Shown here piece by piece: positions 35,680 through 45,317 of a stretch of DNA of 64,000 nucleotides (position 1 is the stretch's first letter; the number at the start of each line of letters is the position of its first letter). Below the pieces are notes generated by a model. That model ran no database searches and was not told the origin of the DNA. It saw only the letters and a program-made list of their open reading frames with translations. Source of the stretch: Candidatus Wolfebacteria bacterium RIFOXYD12_FULL_48_21 (lineage in GTDB: Bacteria > Patescibacteriota > Minisyncoccia > UBA6257 > UBA9933); assembly GCA_001793945.1 (NCBI GenBank), contig MGIW01000006.1:202239-266238 (forward strand), written 5' to 3'. The position numbers and the translations under genes are program-made.

Positions 35680-36060
35680 CTATTTTTGAAAATCGCGGAC
35701 AGCCTGCCGCGCGAGATTTTTGACCGTGCGCCATTCACTTTTTGGGAGTTGCTTTTGCTCAAGGGCGCAGGGTCCCAAGCCCAGGTCGATGCCGCTACCG
35801 TCGAGTTTGATCACGATTTGTACGATGTACTTATTTTTGATCGCCTCCCGTTCGGTAGGGAAGTCGATATCGATCCGGTACTCGCCGGGGATGTCGACCT
35901 GTTTCGTGATGTACAGCATGTGCCGGGGTGGCTGTTTACCGATGTTGGCAATATTCTTGATGTCGACCACCTCCGCCAATATGCGGTACATTACTTCGGC
36001 GATATCCTGAATGCTTGCCGGTTCGGTTTTTACTTCCGCCATCACTGCCTGCTGGGTCAT
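35680..36060 (-). CDS. hypothetical protein
   Basis: 126-aa ORF; preferred over the overlapping + strand ORF on compositional grounds only. Confidence 0.25.
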   Translation of the reverse strand: MTQQAVMAEVKTEPASIQDIAEVMYRILAEVVDIKNIANIGKQPPRHMLYITKQVDIPGEYRIDIDFPTEREAIKNKYIVQIVIKLDGSGIDLGLGPCALEQKQLPKSEWRTVKNLARQAVRDFQK

Positions 36061-36134
36061 AAGTGCACCTCCTGAGAAAAAGTTAATTTGCTGACTTTTT
36101 TATAACATGGATATGGCGCGTCTGTCAATTATTT

Positions 36135-36390
36135 CTCTGCTAACGCACATTTCGGACAAAAAAAGAAGCGCAACGCTTGATGGTTATGAGGGGGTTTGTC
36201 ATTCCGAGCGCAGCGGAGCGGAGCCGAGGAATCTGCTGTCACTAACAGCTACAGATCCCTCGTCCGCCAACCCTGCCTGCCGGCAGGCAGGTGGCGGATC
36301 GGGATGACACAAGCCACATCACTTCTCAGCTAAAGACAGATTTCATGCGAATTGCAGTCCGAATTTGTCCGAAATGTGCGTTAGCGGAGC
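36135..36390. mobile_element. ~255-bp element bounded by 26-bp terminal inverted repeats, with a nested MITE-family core
   Basis: ctctgctaacgcacatttcggacaaa (36135-36160) and tttgtccgaaatgtgcgttagcggag (36365-36390) are reverse complements with one mismatch; interior carries gtcattccgagcgcagcggagcggagccgaggaatctg...cgggatgacac. Confidence 0.65.
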
Positions 36391-36394
36391 AATT

Positions 36395-36420
36395 ATAAAA
36401 AAGCCTTTTGGGGCTTCTTG
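36395..36420 (-). terminator. terminator of the minus-strand tRNA operon
   Basis: On minus strand: caagaagccccaaaaggctttttt. Confidence 0.6.
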
Positions 36421-36423
36421 GTG

Positions 36424-36510
36424 TGGTGCCCAGAGCCGGACTCGAACCGGCACGACTTTTTAGGTCAGGGGATTTTAAGTCCCCCGTGTCTACCATTCCA
36501 CCATCCGGGC
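36424..36510 (-). tRNA. tRNA-Leu (anticodon TAA), CCA encoded
   Basis: Reverse complement GCCCGGATGGTGGAATGGTAGACACGGGGGACTTAAAATCCCC...long variable arm...GCCGGTTCGAGTCCGGCTCTGGGCACCA. Confidence 0.85.
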
Positions 36511-36522
36511 GTTATTTATTTG

Positions 36523-36594
36523 AGGTCCGGGCGGGAATCGAACCCACTCATAGCGGTTTTGCAGACCGCCGGCTTCCCATTTGCCTACCGGACC
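36523..36594 (-). tRNA. tRNA-Cys (anticodon GCA)
   Basis: Reverse complement GGTCCGGTAGGCAAATGGGAAGCCGGCGGTCTGCAAAACCGCTATGAGTGGGTTCGATTCCCGCCCGGACCT; anticodon stem GCGGT/ACCGC. Confidence 0.8.
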
Positions 36595-36639
36595 GGCACG
36601 CTCATTAGTATATCGCACAATGAGCGTTTGAAAAAGAGG

Positions 36640-36984
36640 TTACTTATCTTCCGTTAGGCCTTCTTCCAATAAGATCTTCTCTACCTTCTGTGCCTTTTCC
36701 AGGCCCGGGTCGTATTCGAACCGAATGTAGGGGATGCTGCGCATGGACAGCTTTCTGATGAGCAGGCGCTGCAGGTGTCCGGCATTTTGATCGAAGACCT
36801 TGGACACTTCCTTTGCCTTGGTCGACGGAATAACGCTGAACTTTACATCCGCGAAATCTGCGTCGTGCGAGATGCCTACATCGGTGATGGTTACCAGTGC
36901 ACCATCAAACTCAAGCTCGCGAACAATGAGCTTCGAGAGTTCTTCCGCTATGAGATTACTGAGCCGTTCTTTTCTGTACTTCAT
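36640..36984 (-). CDS. rbfA: ribosome-binding factor A
   Basis: [22 protein letters not shown]...VTITDVGISHDADFADVKFSV...IPYIRFEYDP. Confidence 0.85.
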   Translation of the reverse strand: MKYRKERLSNLIAEELSKLIVRELEFDGALVTITDVGISHDADFADVKFSVIPSTKAKEVSKVFDQNAGHLQRLLIRKLSMRSIPYIRFEYDPGLEKAQKVEKILLEEGLTEDK

Positions 36985-38434
36985 GTGATAATAGATCTCC
37001 TATTTGTATGTCTACACTTGATTCGAACACCATGCCGAATTCCATGGGGAACTCCACTTGGGTCACATCGCGCTTTGATGATTGGAGATTGGTCAATTTG
37101 CCCGTGCCGAGCACTTCGCCTGCTCGCGTTACGGCCAGGGTAGTATTGTTCTTTATGATGCCGTTGGTTATTTTTCCACCGATGACCTGCTTTTTTCCTT
37201 TTTGGCTGTAGGTCGCCATGATCTCTGCGATGCCGAGTGGAGCCGGTTCTTCGATCGCTTTGATTTCTTCTTCGATCGTTTCTACCAGTTTATAGATGAT
37301 GTTTCCGGTTATGATGCGGATCTTTTTTATCTGCGCCATTTGTTCGGCAGACTTGGATACCTTTGCGTTGAATCCGATGATAATCGCATCGCCTGACGCC
37401 GCTGCCTTTACATCGCTGTCGGATATTTCGCCGACCGATTCACCCATGATACGGATGTTGACCGTGGTCTGGTTGAGGCTTTTTACGATGGCGGCGAACG
37501 CTTCAAGCGAACCGCTTACATCCGCCTTTAGAATAAGGCGCAGTTCCGGATTGCCGGTTTCCTTGATGAGCGATTTTTGCATCGTCGGGGGAACTATGAT
37601 CGCCGCTGCGTATTTGTCGAACACCGCAAGCTCGATGTCTCCGCTGACGAATTTTTCGCCAACCTTTGGCAGGGTATCAAAGCCCATAATAACTACCGGC
37701 GCCGATGGTTCCATTTTAGTCGCACGCTTGCCGAGAAAATCTTCAAGCAGTTTTATTTTGCCGCAAGCACTATCGGTTTCGATGTTCTTGCCGGTCTTGA
37801 GCGTGCCGTTTTTGATGATGCCGGTCGCTATGATACCTCGTTGTTTATCGAGCTTTGATTCGAGAATGATGCCTTCCGCATTTGCATGCGGATCGTAGGT
37901 AAAGTTTTCGAGTTCTGCGGCGAGCAAAAGTAGATCGAGCAGTTCGTCTACGCCTGTGCCTTGTTTTGCCGATATCTTTTGCCAGCTGATGTTTCCACCG
38001 GCTCCTTCCAAATAAACGCCATGTTGCATAAGACTTGCCTTGGTCTTTTCAATGTCGGCATTTGCTTTGTCTATTTTATTGATTGCCACTACGAACGGAG
38101 TGTTCGAGCCGATGAGCGTCTCGATTGATTCCTTGGTCTGTGGCTGGACGCCGTCGTCTGCGGCAACAATAAGGATCGCGAGATCCGCTACATGTGCGCC
38201 GCGGGTGCGCATGTGGGTAAATGCTTCGTGCCCTGGGGTGTCGATGAATGTCATCTTTTTCCCTGCGTGCACTATTTCATATGCACCGATGGCCTGCGTA
38301 ATACCGCCCGCTTCGCGTGCCGCAATCTGGGTCTTTTTGATGGTGTCGAGTAATGTGGTCTTGCCATGGTCTACATGGCCCATGACGACGACGATCGGGG
38401 GACGGGGGAGGAGTTTGTTCTTTGTATGTGGCAT
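36956..38434 (-). CDS. infB: translation initiation factor IF-2 (compact form: G domain plus C-terminal domains)
   Basis: [34 protein letters not shown] GTPase motifs; overlaps rbfA start by 29 nt. Confidence 0.9.
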   Translation of the reverse strand: MPHTKNKLLPRPPIVVVMGHVDHGKTTLLDTIKKTQIAAREAGGITQAIGAYEIVHAGKKMTFIDTPGHEAFTHMRTRGAHVADLAILIVAADDGVQPQTKESIETLIGSNTPFVVAINKIDKANADIEKTKASLMQHGVYLEGAGGNISWQKISAKQGTGVDELLDLLLLAAELENFTYDPHANAEGIILESKLDKQRGIIATGIIKNGTLKTGKNIETDSACGKIKLLEDFLGKRATKMEPSAPVVIMGFDTLPKVGEKFVSGDIELAVFDKYAAAIIVPPTMQKSLIKETGNPELRLILKADVSGSLEAFAAIVKSLNQTTVNIRIMGESVGEISDSDVKAAASGDAIIIGFNAKVSKSAEQMAQIKKIRIITGNIIYKLVETIEEEIKAIEEPAPLGIAEIMATYSQKGKKQVIGGKITNGIIKNNTTLAVTRAGEVLGTGKLTNLQSSKRDVTQVEFPMEFGMVFESSVDIQIGDLLSHEVQKRTAQ

Positions 38435-38585
38435 GGTGGTGGAAATTAAAAATTAGGGTAGCGGATGGTGCTCTTTTTCGACTGAAATGCGAGCAGATGG
38501 CGCAAATGCGTGTTTTTTGCACCCATGTTTTCATACCATACCAAAAAAAGGCCTAAAACGCAAGGAATAATCGGCAAAGAACCGT

Positions 38586-39065
38586 TCAGAAATAATTACC
38601 GATGAATGTTATCTGGTAAGCCTTTGGAACGCGCTTTTGCACATCCTCAAGCTTTTCCCTGATAACTCCCTTTGCTGATTGCGCATGGATGATCTCATTT
38701 GTTTCTTTGATGTAAATGCCAACATGCCCTATGAGAATTTCGCGACCGTTAAAAAGATTGTCGTTATAGTGTCCGCGGTCGCCGCGAAAGAACAATAGGT
38801 CCCCGGTTTGCGCTTCGCTTAACTGTTTGACTTCCCGCTGGCCGGTAAATGCTTCCGCTGCTTGTTCGAGCGAAGATAGCGGGAGGCTTTTTTCGATCGC
38901 TTGGTTGAATACATAATGGGTAAAAAATGAACAATCGAAACCCTTCGGATCTTCTCCTAACTTTGCGTCACGGTATGCACCGTATGCATATGGGAAGCCG
39001 ACATATTTCTCTGCGGTGGCGATCAATTTAGCTGTTTGTTCTGCTCGATTCATTACTTGTAGCAT
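38586..39065 (-). CDS. NlpC/P60 (C40) family peptidase
   Basis: GFDCSFF catalytic Cys context and downstream GHVGIY His. Confidence 0.7.
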   Translation of the reverse strand: MLQVMNRAEQTAKLIATAEKYVGFPYAYGAYRDAKLGEDPKGFDCSFFTHYVFNQAIEKSLPLSSLEQAAEAFTGQREVKQLSEAQTGDLLFFRGDRGHYNDNLFNGREILIGHVGIYIKETNEIIHAQSAKGVIREKLEDVQKRVPKAYQITFIGNYF

Positions 39066-39165
39066 AGGCGATATTGATCGACTTCGTCAACGCAGCTTTT
39101 CGGAAGCGCTCTTTACAAAAGGAAGGCGTATTTGCTATACTAACAAAACTGTGTTACCAGTGCAT

Positions 39166-39239
39166 CGCGGGTTAGAGGAACGGTTACCTCGTAAGGCTCA
39201 TAACCTTGAGAACCGGGTTCGACTCCCGGACCCGCAACC
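39166..39239 (+). tRNA. tRNA-Met (anticodon CAT), initiator-like (C1-A72 mismatch, A73)
   Basis: CGCGGGT...anticodon loop CTCATAA...T-arm CCGGGTTCGACTCCCGG...ACCCGCA A CC. Confidence 0.7.
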
Positions 39240-39244
39240 GCGTA

Positions 39245-39295
39245 AAAACAAAAATGCCTCTCTATACTACATAGAGAGGTATTTTTGTTCACGCG
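39245..39295 (+). terminator. rho-independent terminator
   Basis: aaaaatgcctctctatactacatagagaggtatttttg. Confidence 0.7.
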
Positions 39296-39387
39296 GCGAG
39301 CCGTTTTTACGAAACACATTTCTTAGACTAAGATTATTTACTTGATAAAAGGTCTATTTTTTGTTTAAATTATGACCGTAGTGCCTC

Positions 39388-39459
39388 GCCTCCGTAGTTC
39401 AAGGGTTAGAACGGATCACTCATAACGATCAGACAATGGTTCGACTCCATTCGGAGGCA
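39388..39459 (+). tRNA. tRNA with CAT anticodon (elongator Met or lysidine-modified Ile)
   Basis: GCCTCCGTAGTTCAAGGGTTAGAACGGATCACTCATAACGATCAGACAATGGTTCGACTCCATTCGGAGGCA. Confidence 0.7.
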
Positions 39460-39461
39460 CA

Positions 39462-39520
39462 AATAGAAATAAACACAAACACCGTCCGCCAATTTGGCGG
39501 ACGGTGTTTGTGTTTTGTGG
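39462..39520 (+). terminator. rho-independent terminator (long stem)
   Basis: acacaaacaccgtccgccaatttggcggacggtgtttgtgttttg. Confidence 0.7.
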
Positions 39521-39535
39521 TATCATAAAGAGAAT

Positions 39536-40390
39536 ATGGAAATCGTATTTTTATTCGCGATAGTGCTTAGTATGGCCGCCATTGGCGGATTGCTTTATTT
39601 TCAGAACAAGGAGCTTGTGTTGAGCAGGCATACGATCGGGTCTGAATTTCTGCCGAAAGAATTCGACGGGTTTACTATCGTGCATTTGTCCGACCTGCAC
39701 AACAAGCAATTTGGCAAAGGGCAGTGGCGGCTTATAGGCATGGTACGCAAGGCAAGGCCCGACATTATCGTGATGACGGGGGATATGGTGGATTCGACAT
39801 TTTATCATTCCGAGCCTACTGTCGAACTCATGCGTGGTTTGCGCGAGATGGCCCCTATCTATTATGTAACGGGGAATCATGAGTGGTCCCGGCCTGAACT
39901 CGGCGAGCTATTGCGGCAATTCGCCGAGCTCGGCGTAAGCGTGCTTGATAACCGCGTGGAAATCATTACACGAGGCGATAAGGAATTTGCCATTGCGGGA
40001 ATTGATGACCGTGCGCGATATGTGGGAGAAGAAGATTCGCGACAGACGCTTCATCGGGAGCTCGACCGGGTGCGTCATTCCATCGACGAACGCGCATTCA
40101 AGATATTGCTGGCCCATCGCCCCGAGCTGTTGCATGAATATATGCAGCATCATTTCAGTATTGTTTTTTCGGGGCATGCGCATGGCGGTCAGTGGGACCT
40201 TCCGGTGATTGGCCCGGTGTTTGCTCCCGGGCAAGGTCTGTTTCCTAAATTGGTTTCCGGTGTTCATAAGCGACACAATACGCACATCGTGATCAGTAGG
40301 GGGATCGGCAATAGCGGTATTGCGTTTCAGCGGTTGTTTAATAAGCCCGAAGTTGTCGTGGTCGTGTTGAAAAATCTTGCAGGCAAATAA
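39536..40390 (+). CDS. calcineurin-like metallophosphoesterase (YkuE-like) with N-terminal TM anchor
   Basis: IVHLSDLHN, IVMTGDMVDS, YVTGNHE, FSGHAHGGQ motifs. Confidence 0.8.
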   Translation: MEIVFLFAIVLSMAAIGGLLYFQNKELVLSRHTIGSEFLPKEFDGFTIVHLSDLHNKQFGKGQWRLIGMVRKARPDIIVMTGDMVDSTFYHSEPTVELMRGLREMAPIYYVTGNHEWSRPELGELLRQFAELGVSVLDNRVEIITRGDKEFAIAGIDDRARYVGEEDSRQTLHRELDRVRHSIDERAFKILLAHRPELLHEYMQHHFSIVFSGHAHGGQWDLPVIGPVFAPGQGLFPKLVSGVHKRHNTHIVISRGIGNSGIAFQRLFNKPEVVVVVLKNLAGK

Positions 40391-40394
40391 AAAA

Positions 40395-40438
40395 GCCGTG
40401 CGTCCGCCAGCTGGCGGACGCACGGCTTTTGCCGTCGA
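40395..40438 (+). terminator. rho-independent terminator
   Basis: aaaaagccgtgcgtccgccagctggcggacgcacggcttttgcc. Confidence 0.75.
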
Positions 40439-40483
40439 GATTGTTCAGATCCTCTCGCTTGTCATAAGGGTCTGTTTTTTTGA

Positions 40484-41344
40484 TCACACGGCATATTTTG
40501 AGTTCATCAAATACCCGAGCTTGCCCTTTTGTGAAGGATGGCGCAGTTTTTGCAGTGCGCTCGCTTCGATCTGCCGTACGCGCTCTTTGGATATGTTCAG
40601 CGCATCCGCTATCTGCTGCAGTGTTTGCGCTTCGCCTTTCCTCCCGATGCCGAAGCGCAGTCGTATGACTTTTGCTTCGCGCGCGGCGGGGAGTGTTTTC
40701 AGCACTTGGTCGATATATTGATGGGCGGTAGGCGACCATCGGGGCGCGATGTACCTGCGGAGCGCGTTCGCGGTGTATGCGGCAAAGCCTTTTTCCATCT
40801 CTGCGGTGTTTTTGGGCGGCAAGATGCGTTCGGTGGCTATATCTGAAAGATAATTGTACCAAAGGCTCTTTGCGGACAAGCGTGCTTCGATCATTTTGTT
40901 GCTAAACACCTCCTTTAAGAGCTCGACATATCTGCGTTGCTCTGGCGCGTGATCCGGCAGGCGCAGCGCAGCGGTCAACATATCCAGCGATCTGAATGTC
41001 GCCGTGACCGCTTCGACTCCCAGCCATTCTTCGATTAGTTTTTTTGCCCACTGGATTTCCCGATCTTTTTTGTTTTGGAAGTCGTAGTTTGCATAATGCC
41101 AGAGTACTTTTTGAAATGCTTTTCCTCCCATGGGGGGTCTTCCGCGCGCGCTTTTATCGCCAAGCCGCGCAACGGTTCTGGGATTGATCCCCAGTTGCAT
41201 TGCAATCCAGTTCGTCGGGATGCCCGACAGGTGAAGCGTTTTGGCGATTCGTTTGCGTTTCTCGTGCTCTTTCTGGTCGAAATTTCTCACAGGCCACCTC
41301 GTTGATGAATGGAATTGATAAGGATACTGAAAGCAACATAGCAA
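40484..41344 (-). CDS. sigma-70 family protein (clear region 4; divergent N-terminal part)
   Basis: C-terminal AREAKVIRLRFGIGRKGEAQTLQQIADALNISKERVRQIEASALQKLRHP = sigma-70 region 4.2; start codon uncertain. Confidence 0.5.
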   Translation of the reverse strand: MLCCFQYPYQFHSSTRWPVRNFDQKEHEKRKRIAKTLHLSGIPTNWIAMQLGINPRTVARLGDKSARGRPPMGGKAFQKVLWHYANYDFQNKKDREIQWAKKLIEEWLGVEAVTATFRSLDMLTAALRLPDHAPEQRRYVELLKEVFSNKMIEARLSAKSLWYNYLSDIATERILPPKNTAEMEKGFAAYTANALRRYIAPRWSPTAHQYIDQVLKTLPAAREAKVIRLRFGIGRKGEAQTLQQIADALNISKERVRQIEASALQKLRHPSQKGKLGYLMNSKYAV

Positions 41345-41426
41345 TAAAGTTTGACTTTTGTCAAACGGTGTTATTTCGCTGCGTGTTTATTTTTTGTCCG
41401 ACATGTGGTATAAAAAAGTTACTTAT

Positions 41427-42704
41427 ATGCGTCAATCACACCTGTTCACTAAAACGAGAAAGGAGGCACCAAAGGACGAAGAGGCAAAAAATGCCCAGCT
41501 ACTTATTCGCGCCGGCTATCTGGATAAACTGATGGCAGGAGTGTATACCTATCTGCCCTTGGGCTTGCGAGTATTCAAGAACATTGAGACTATTATTCGC
41601 GAAGAGATGGAAGCGTTAGGAGCGCAGGAGATCCTGATGCCGTCCTTGCAGCCGAAAGAAAATTGGCAGACAACCGGGCGCTGGGAAGGGCTAGACAATC
41701 TGTTCCGTTTTACCAGTCATTACTCGAAGATCGACTACGCGCTTGGCGCAACGCATGAAGAGATTGTGACCCCGTTGATGAGTAGTTTCATTTTTTCATA
41801 CAAGGATATGCCGAAAGCGGTGTTTCAGTTCCAGAACAAGTTTCGCGACGAGAAGCGCGCTAAGTCCGGCATTTTGCGTGCGCGAGAATTTGTCATGAAG
41901 GATCTGTATTCGTTCCATACGGATGAGGCTGACATGGACGCATATTATTTGAAGGTAAAGGAGGCTTATGTGCGCATTTTTGAACGCGCAGGGCTTGGCG
42001 ACATTACCTATTATACATACGCATCAGGTGGGACATTCTCAAAATATTCACACGAGTTTCAGACATTGACCGATGCGGGCGAGGACATCATCCATATTTG
42101 CGACAAGTGTCACATTGCCATCAATGAAGAGATCATTGCAGACCAGCCGAATTGTCCCGAGTGTGGCAATACCGAACTACACGCAGAAAAGGCAGTGGAG
42201 GTTGGCAATATCTTTAAACTGAAGACAAAGTATTCTACGGCATTCAACCTTTCCTATAAGGATGCGGAAAATGTAGAGCAAGAGGTGATTATGGGTTGTT
42301 ATGGTATCGGCCTGGGCCGATTGCTTGGTACGATTGTCGAGGCCTATCATGACGACAATGGCATCATTTGGCCGGAAGGCGTAGCGCCCTATCGCGTGCA
42401 TTTAGTCAACTTGCATGCGCAAAATGAAGAGGTTTCCGCGCTTGCGGACGAAGTATATGCTGCTTTACAGGGTGCAGGCGTTGCGGTATTATATGATGAC
42501 CGTAGAGAAGCGGGCATCGGAGAGAAATTAAAGGATAGCGACCTTGTCGGCATTCCGCTTCGGGCCATTATTAGTGAAAAAAATGGCGCACAGATCGAAG
42601 TGAAGAAGCGCAAGGAAAAAGATGCCCATTTGGTGTCGAAAGAGCAGTTGCTTGGATTGTTTACAGTTGATGGCCAACAGTCAGCAGTTCACGGTTCACA
42701 GTGA
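41427..42704 (+). CDS. proS: proline--tRNA ligase
   Basis: Class II aaRS motifs (FRDEKRAKSGILRAREFVMKDLYSFH; GCYGIGLGRLLG) and zinc-binding CxxC...CxxC in the C-terminal domain. Confidence 0.85.
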   Translation: MRQSHLFTKTRKEAPKDEEAKNAQLLIRAGYLDKLMAGVYTYLPLGLRVFKNIETIIREEMEALGAQEILMPSLQPKENWQTTGRWEGLDNLFRFTSHYSKIDYALGATHEEIVTPLMSSFIFSYKDMPKAVFQFQNKFRDEKRAKSGILRAREFVMKDLYSFHTDEADMDAYYLKVKEAYVRIFERAGLGDITYYTYASGGTFSKYSHEFQTLTDAGEDIIHICDKCHIAINEEIIADQPNCPECGNTELHAEKAVEVGNIFKLKTKYSTAFNLSYKDAENVEQEVIMGCYGIGLGRLLGTIVEAYHDDNGIIWPEGVAPYRVHLVNLHAQNEEVSALADEVYAALQGAGVAVLYDDRREAGIGEKLKDSDLVGIPLRAIISEKNGAQIEVKKRKEKDAHLVSKEQLLGLFTVDGQQSAVHGSQ

Positions 42705-42802
42705 ACTGTTAACTAATAACTGTGAACGATATATGAGCGCAGCGCCTTATTTTGGGAAACGGCAGACGGGCGGAAATTATAATCAGTCAGTGAAATAAAA
42801 AA

Positions 42803-43846
42803 ATGGGCTTGTTCAATTATTTTGTAAAAGATATCGGAATCGATCTGGGAACCGCAAATTCATTGGTGTATATCAAGGAGCGGGGCATTGTCATCAATGA
42901 ACCATCCATTGCGGCAACGAACAATAAGACGGGGCAGATACTCGCCATCGGTGATGAGGCCAAAAAAATGCTCGGCCGTACGCCTGCACACATTACCGTC
43001 ATCAAGCCGTTGGTCAATGGCGTTATTTCCGATTTCGAAATGGCACAGGAAATGCTGCGCTATTTTTTGAAGCGCGTAAACAACGATCGCATGTTCAGCT
43101 ATTACCGCGCGGTCATCGGCATCCCGCCGAACTTGACCGAAGTGGAGCGCAAGTCCGTTGAGGACGCGGCGATCAACGCTGGTGCGGCAAAGGCTTTTCT
43201 TGTTGAGGAGCCGGTTGCCGCCGCATTGGGCGCGCGTCTTCCCATACAGGAAGCCATGGCGACTATGGTGGTCGACATCGGTGGCGGCACTACGGACATT
43301 GCAATTATTTCCATGGGGAGTAGCGTCATCAGCCGCAGCCTGAAGGTTGCGGGCGATAAGCTGAACGATGATATCATCAAATTCGTCCGGGAAGAGTTCA
43401 AGCTCATGATCGGCGAACCGACTGCGGAAGAATTGAAGAAGACGATCGGTTCTGCTATTCCGACGGAAGAACGCATGGAATTCGCTGTTCGCGGACGCGA
43501 TATGGGCACCGGGCTGCCGCGGGAAGTTATCGTTAAAAACACCCAGGTCCGTGCTGCCATCGGACGATCATTGAGACAGATCGTGGAATGCATTAAGGAA
43601 ACCATCGAGAAGGCCCCGCCTGAGTTGGTGGGTGACATCTATGATCGGGGTATCTATTTGTGTGGTGGCGGCAGCTTGTTGCGCGGCATCGATCAATTGA
43701 TTGCAAAGGAAGTTACCGTGCCGGTTACCGTTATCGATGACCCGCTTACGGCGGTCGTGCGAGGAACCGGCGTGATTGCCGAAAATATCGAGGCTCATGC
43801 GCAGCTGTTTGTTACTTCGCTTAAACCGCTGGACATCAACATCTAA
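42803..43846 (+). CDS. mreB: rod shape-determining protein MreB
   Basis: DIGIDLGTANSLVYIKERGIVINEPS, MVVDIGGGTTDIAIIS, LCGGGSLLRGID. Confidence 0.95.
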   Translation: MGLFNYFVKDIGIDLGTANSLVYIKERGIVINEPSIAATNNKTGQILAIGDEAKKMLGRTPAHITVIKPLVNGVISDFEMAQEMLRYFLKRVNNDRMFSYYRAVIGIPPNLTEVERKSVEDAAINAGAAKAFLVEEPVAAALGARLPIQEAMATMVVDIGGGTTDIAIISMGSSVISRSLKVAGDKLNDDIIKFVREEFKLMIGEPTAEELKKTIGSAIPTEERMEFAVRGRDMGTGLPREVIVKNTQVRAAIGRSLRQIVECIKETIEKAPPELVGDIYDRGIYLCGGGSLLRGIDQLIAKEVTVPVTVIDDPLTAVVRGTGVIAENIEAHAQLFVTSLKPLDINI

Positions 43847-44004
43847 CAAAATCCATTCCTTTGGCGAATTACTTTGTTGCGGGTCCCCATTGCCTCGGTC
43901 GGAGTACTGCTGTACACCTTCCTCGACAATTTCCCCCGCGCCGCGTACTTCGCTCAAAGGAATGAATTTTGACTCTAAAAAGATATGTTTTATGTAATAA
44001 CGCC

Positions 44005-44688
44005 ATGCAAAGAATCGCTCTTATAAGCATTACCATCATCATTCTTGTCGTAACATTCTTTTCGGGTATTTTTATCCCGAAGCAGGCGTTGGTTGCTTCT
44101 TCGAATTTTGTGCGGCAGTATTTTAAGATCGATTTTTATCAGGAGAATGTATTGTTGAAATTGCAGAATGAAAACCTGAAGGCCCAGCTGCAACGGGCAA
44201 AAGATGGCGTCGTCGCTCCTGTTGGCACGCCCGACGGTCATTCGCAAACAGAAGCGCGAATCTTTTCCACTTACCCGTTCAATATGAAGGATACGATTAC
44301 CGTCGATCGGGGAGCCGCCGATGGTATCGTGTCGACGATGATTGCGACCGTTTCTGATTCCATTTTGCTCGGGCAGGTCGTGGGCGTCGAGGAACATTCC
44401 GCCGTCGTTCGCACCATTTTCGATTCTCATTGGCAACTGCCGGTGAAGATCGGCTCTGATCATATCAATGGATTATTCGAAGGAGGCAATGACCCAAAGG
44501 TCATTCTTGTCGAGCAGTCTATTAAGGTGGGTGATGGCGTGTTCTCCGCGGCAAAAGAGTTTCCGATGGGCATCAAGATCGGCGAGATCAAAGAAATAAA
44601 AGAAGACGCCGGAGGCATTTTCAAAGAAGCGACCATACGGACGCCGTACGCCATTGGCGACATAGCAACTGTCTATCTTTCCCAATAA
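44005..44688 (+). CDS. mreC: rod shape-determining protein MreC
   Basis: N-terminal TM helix, coiled coil LKLQNENLKAQLQRA, downstream beta domain; follows mreB. Confidence 0.7.
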   Translation: MQRIALISITIIILVVTFFSGIFIPKQALVASSNFVRQYFKIDFYQENVLLKLQNENLKAQLQRAKDGVVAPVGTPDGHSQTEARIFSTYPFNMKDTITVDRGAADGIVSTMIATVSDSILLGQVVGVEEHSAVVRTIFDSHWQLPVKIGSDHINGLFEGGNDPKVILVEQSIKVGDGVFSAAKEFPMGIKIGEIKEIKEDAGGIFKEATIRTPYAIGDIATVYLSQ

Positions 44689-44758
44689 CGGCACGCTATT
44701 GACAGAAGTACATTCATTTTTATAATCAAAAGCAAACTCTAAAATATTCATACGCATT

Positions 44759-45253
44759 ATGGAAGATAACACACAGCAGAACGCGGAACCTCAGGAGTAT
44801 GTGGCCGCTGAAGGCGGCGACATCGAGCAGCTTACCAAAGAGCGCGATGAGTACCTCGACGGGTGGCAGCGCGCGCGGGCGGATCTGGTAAACTATAAGC
44901 GCGACGAATCAAAACGGGCGGACGATCTGATGAAATTTGCCAATGGGGCGCTCATCCGGGAATTGATCGCGGTCGTTGATAATTTCGAACTTGCCATTGC
45001 GGCAATGGAACGGCAAGGCGCGGTAGAAAAAGGAATCTATCTCATCAAGGCGCAGCTGGAAGATATCCTCAAGCAATATGGACTTGAAAAGGTTCCTGTT
45101 GCTATCGGGCAGGAATTTGATCCTTCACTGCACGACGCGATCGCGTCGGTTGCGTCGGAGCTTCCTTCCGGGGCTATCGCAGAAGAGGTTGAACGGGGAT
45201 ATTATCTGCACGGTAAACTTCTGCGGCCTTCCCGCGTGAAGGTTGCACAATAA
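44759..45253 (+). CDS. grpE: nucleotide exchange factor GrpE
   Basis: RARADLVNYKRD...LIAVVDNFELA; immediately upstream of dnaK. Confidence 0.9.
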   Translation: MEDNTQQNAEPQEYVAAEGGDIEQLTKERDEYLDGWQRARADLVNYKRDESKRADDLMKFANGALIRELIAVVDNFELAIAAMERQGAVEKGIYLIKAQLEDILKQYGLEKVPVAIGQEFDPSLHDAIASVASELPSGAIAEEVERGYYLHGKLLRPSRVKVAQ

Positions 45254-45317
45254 CCAACAACTTATAACTTATAACAAAAATTCAGACAATTTTTTTAAAA
45301 ATATTTAATTAAACATT

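Noticed and set aside
34647-35762. 371-aa minus-strand ORF antisense to pheT
   Set aside because: It lies entirely within pheT, which has clear homology. This is a typical antisense artefact.
35557-36075. 172-aa plus-strand ORF overlapping the 35680-36060 minus-strand ORF
   Set aside because: It starts inside the pheT terminator and has an odd composition. The minus-strand reading was preferred, though neither is confidently a gene.
39130-39166. Possible tmRNA or longer structured RNA around the initiator tRNA
   Set aside because: The sequence resolves cleanly into a 74-nt tRNA with a standard cloverleaf. No tag-peptide reading frame or pseudoknot-sized flanks were found.
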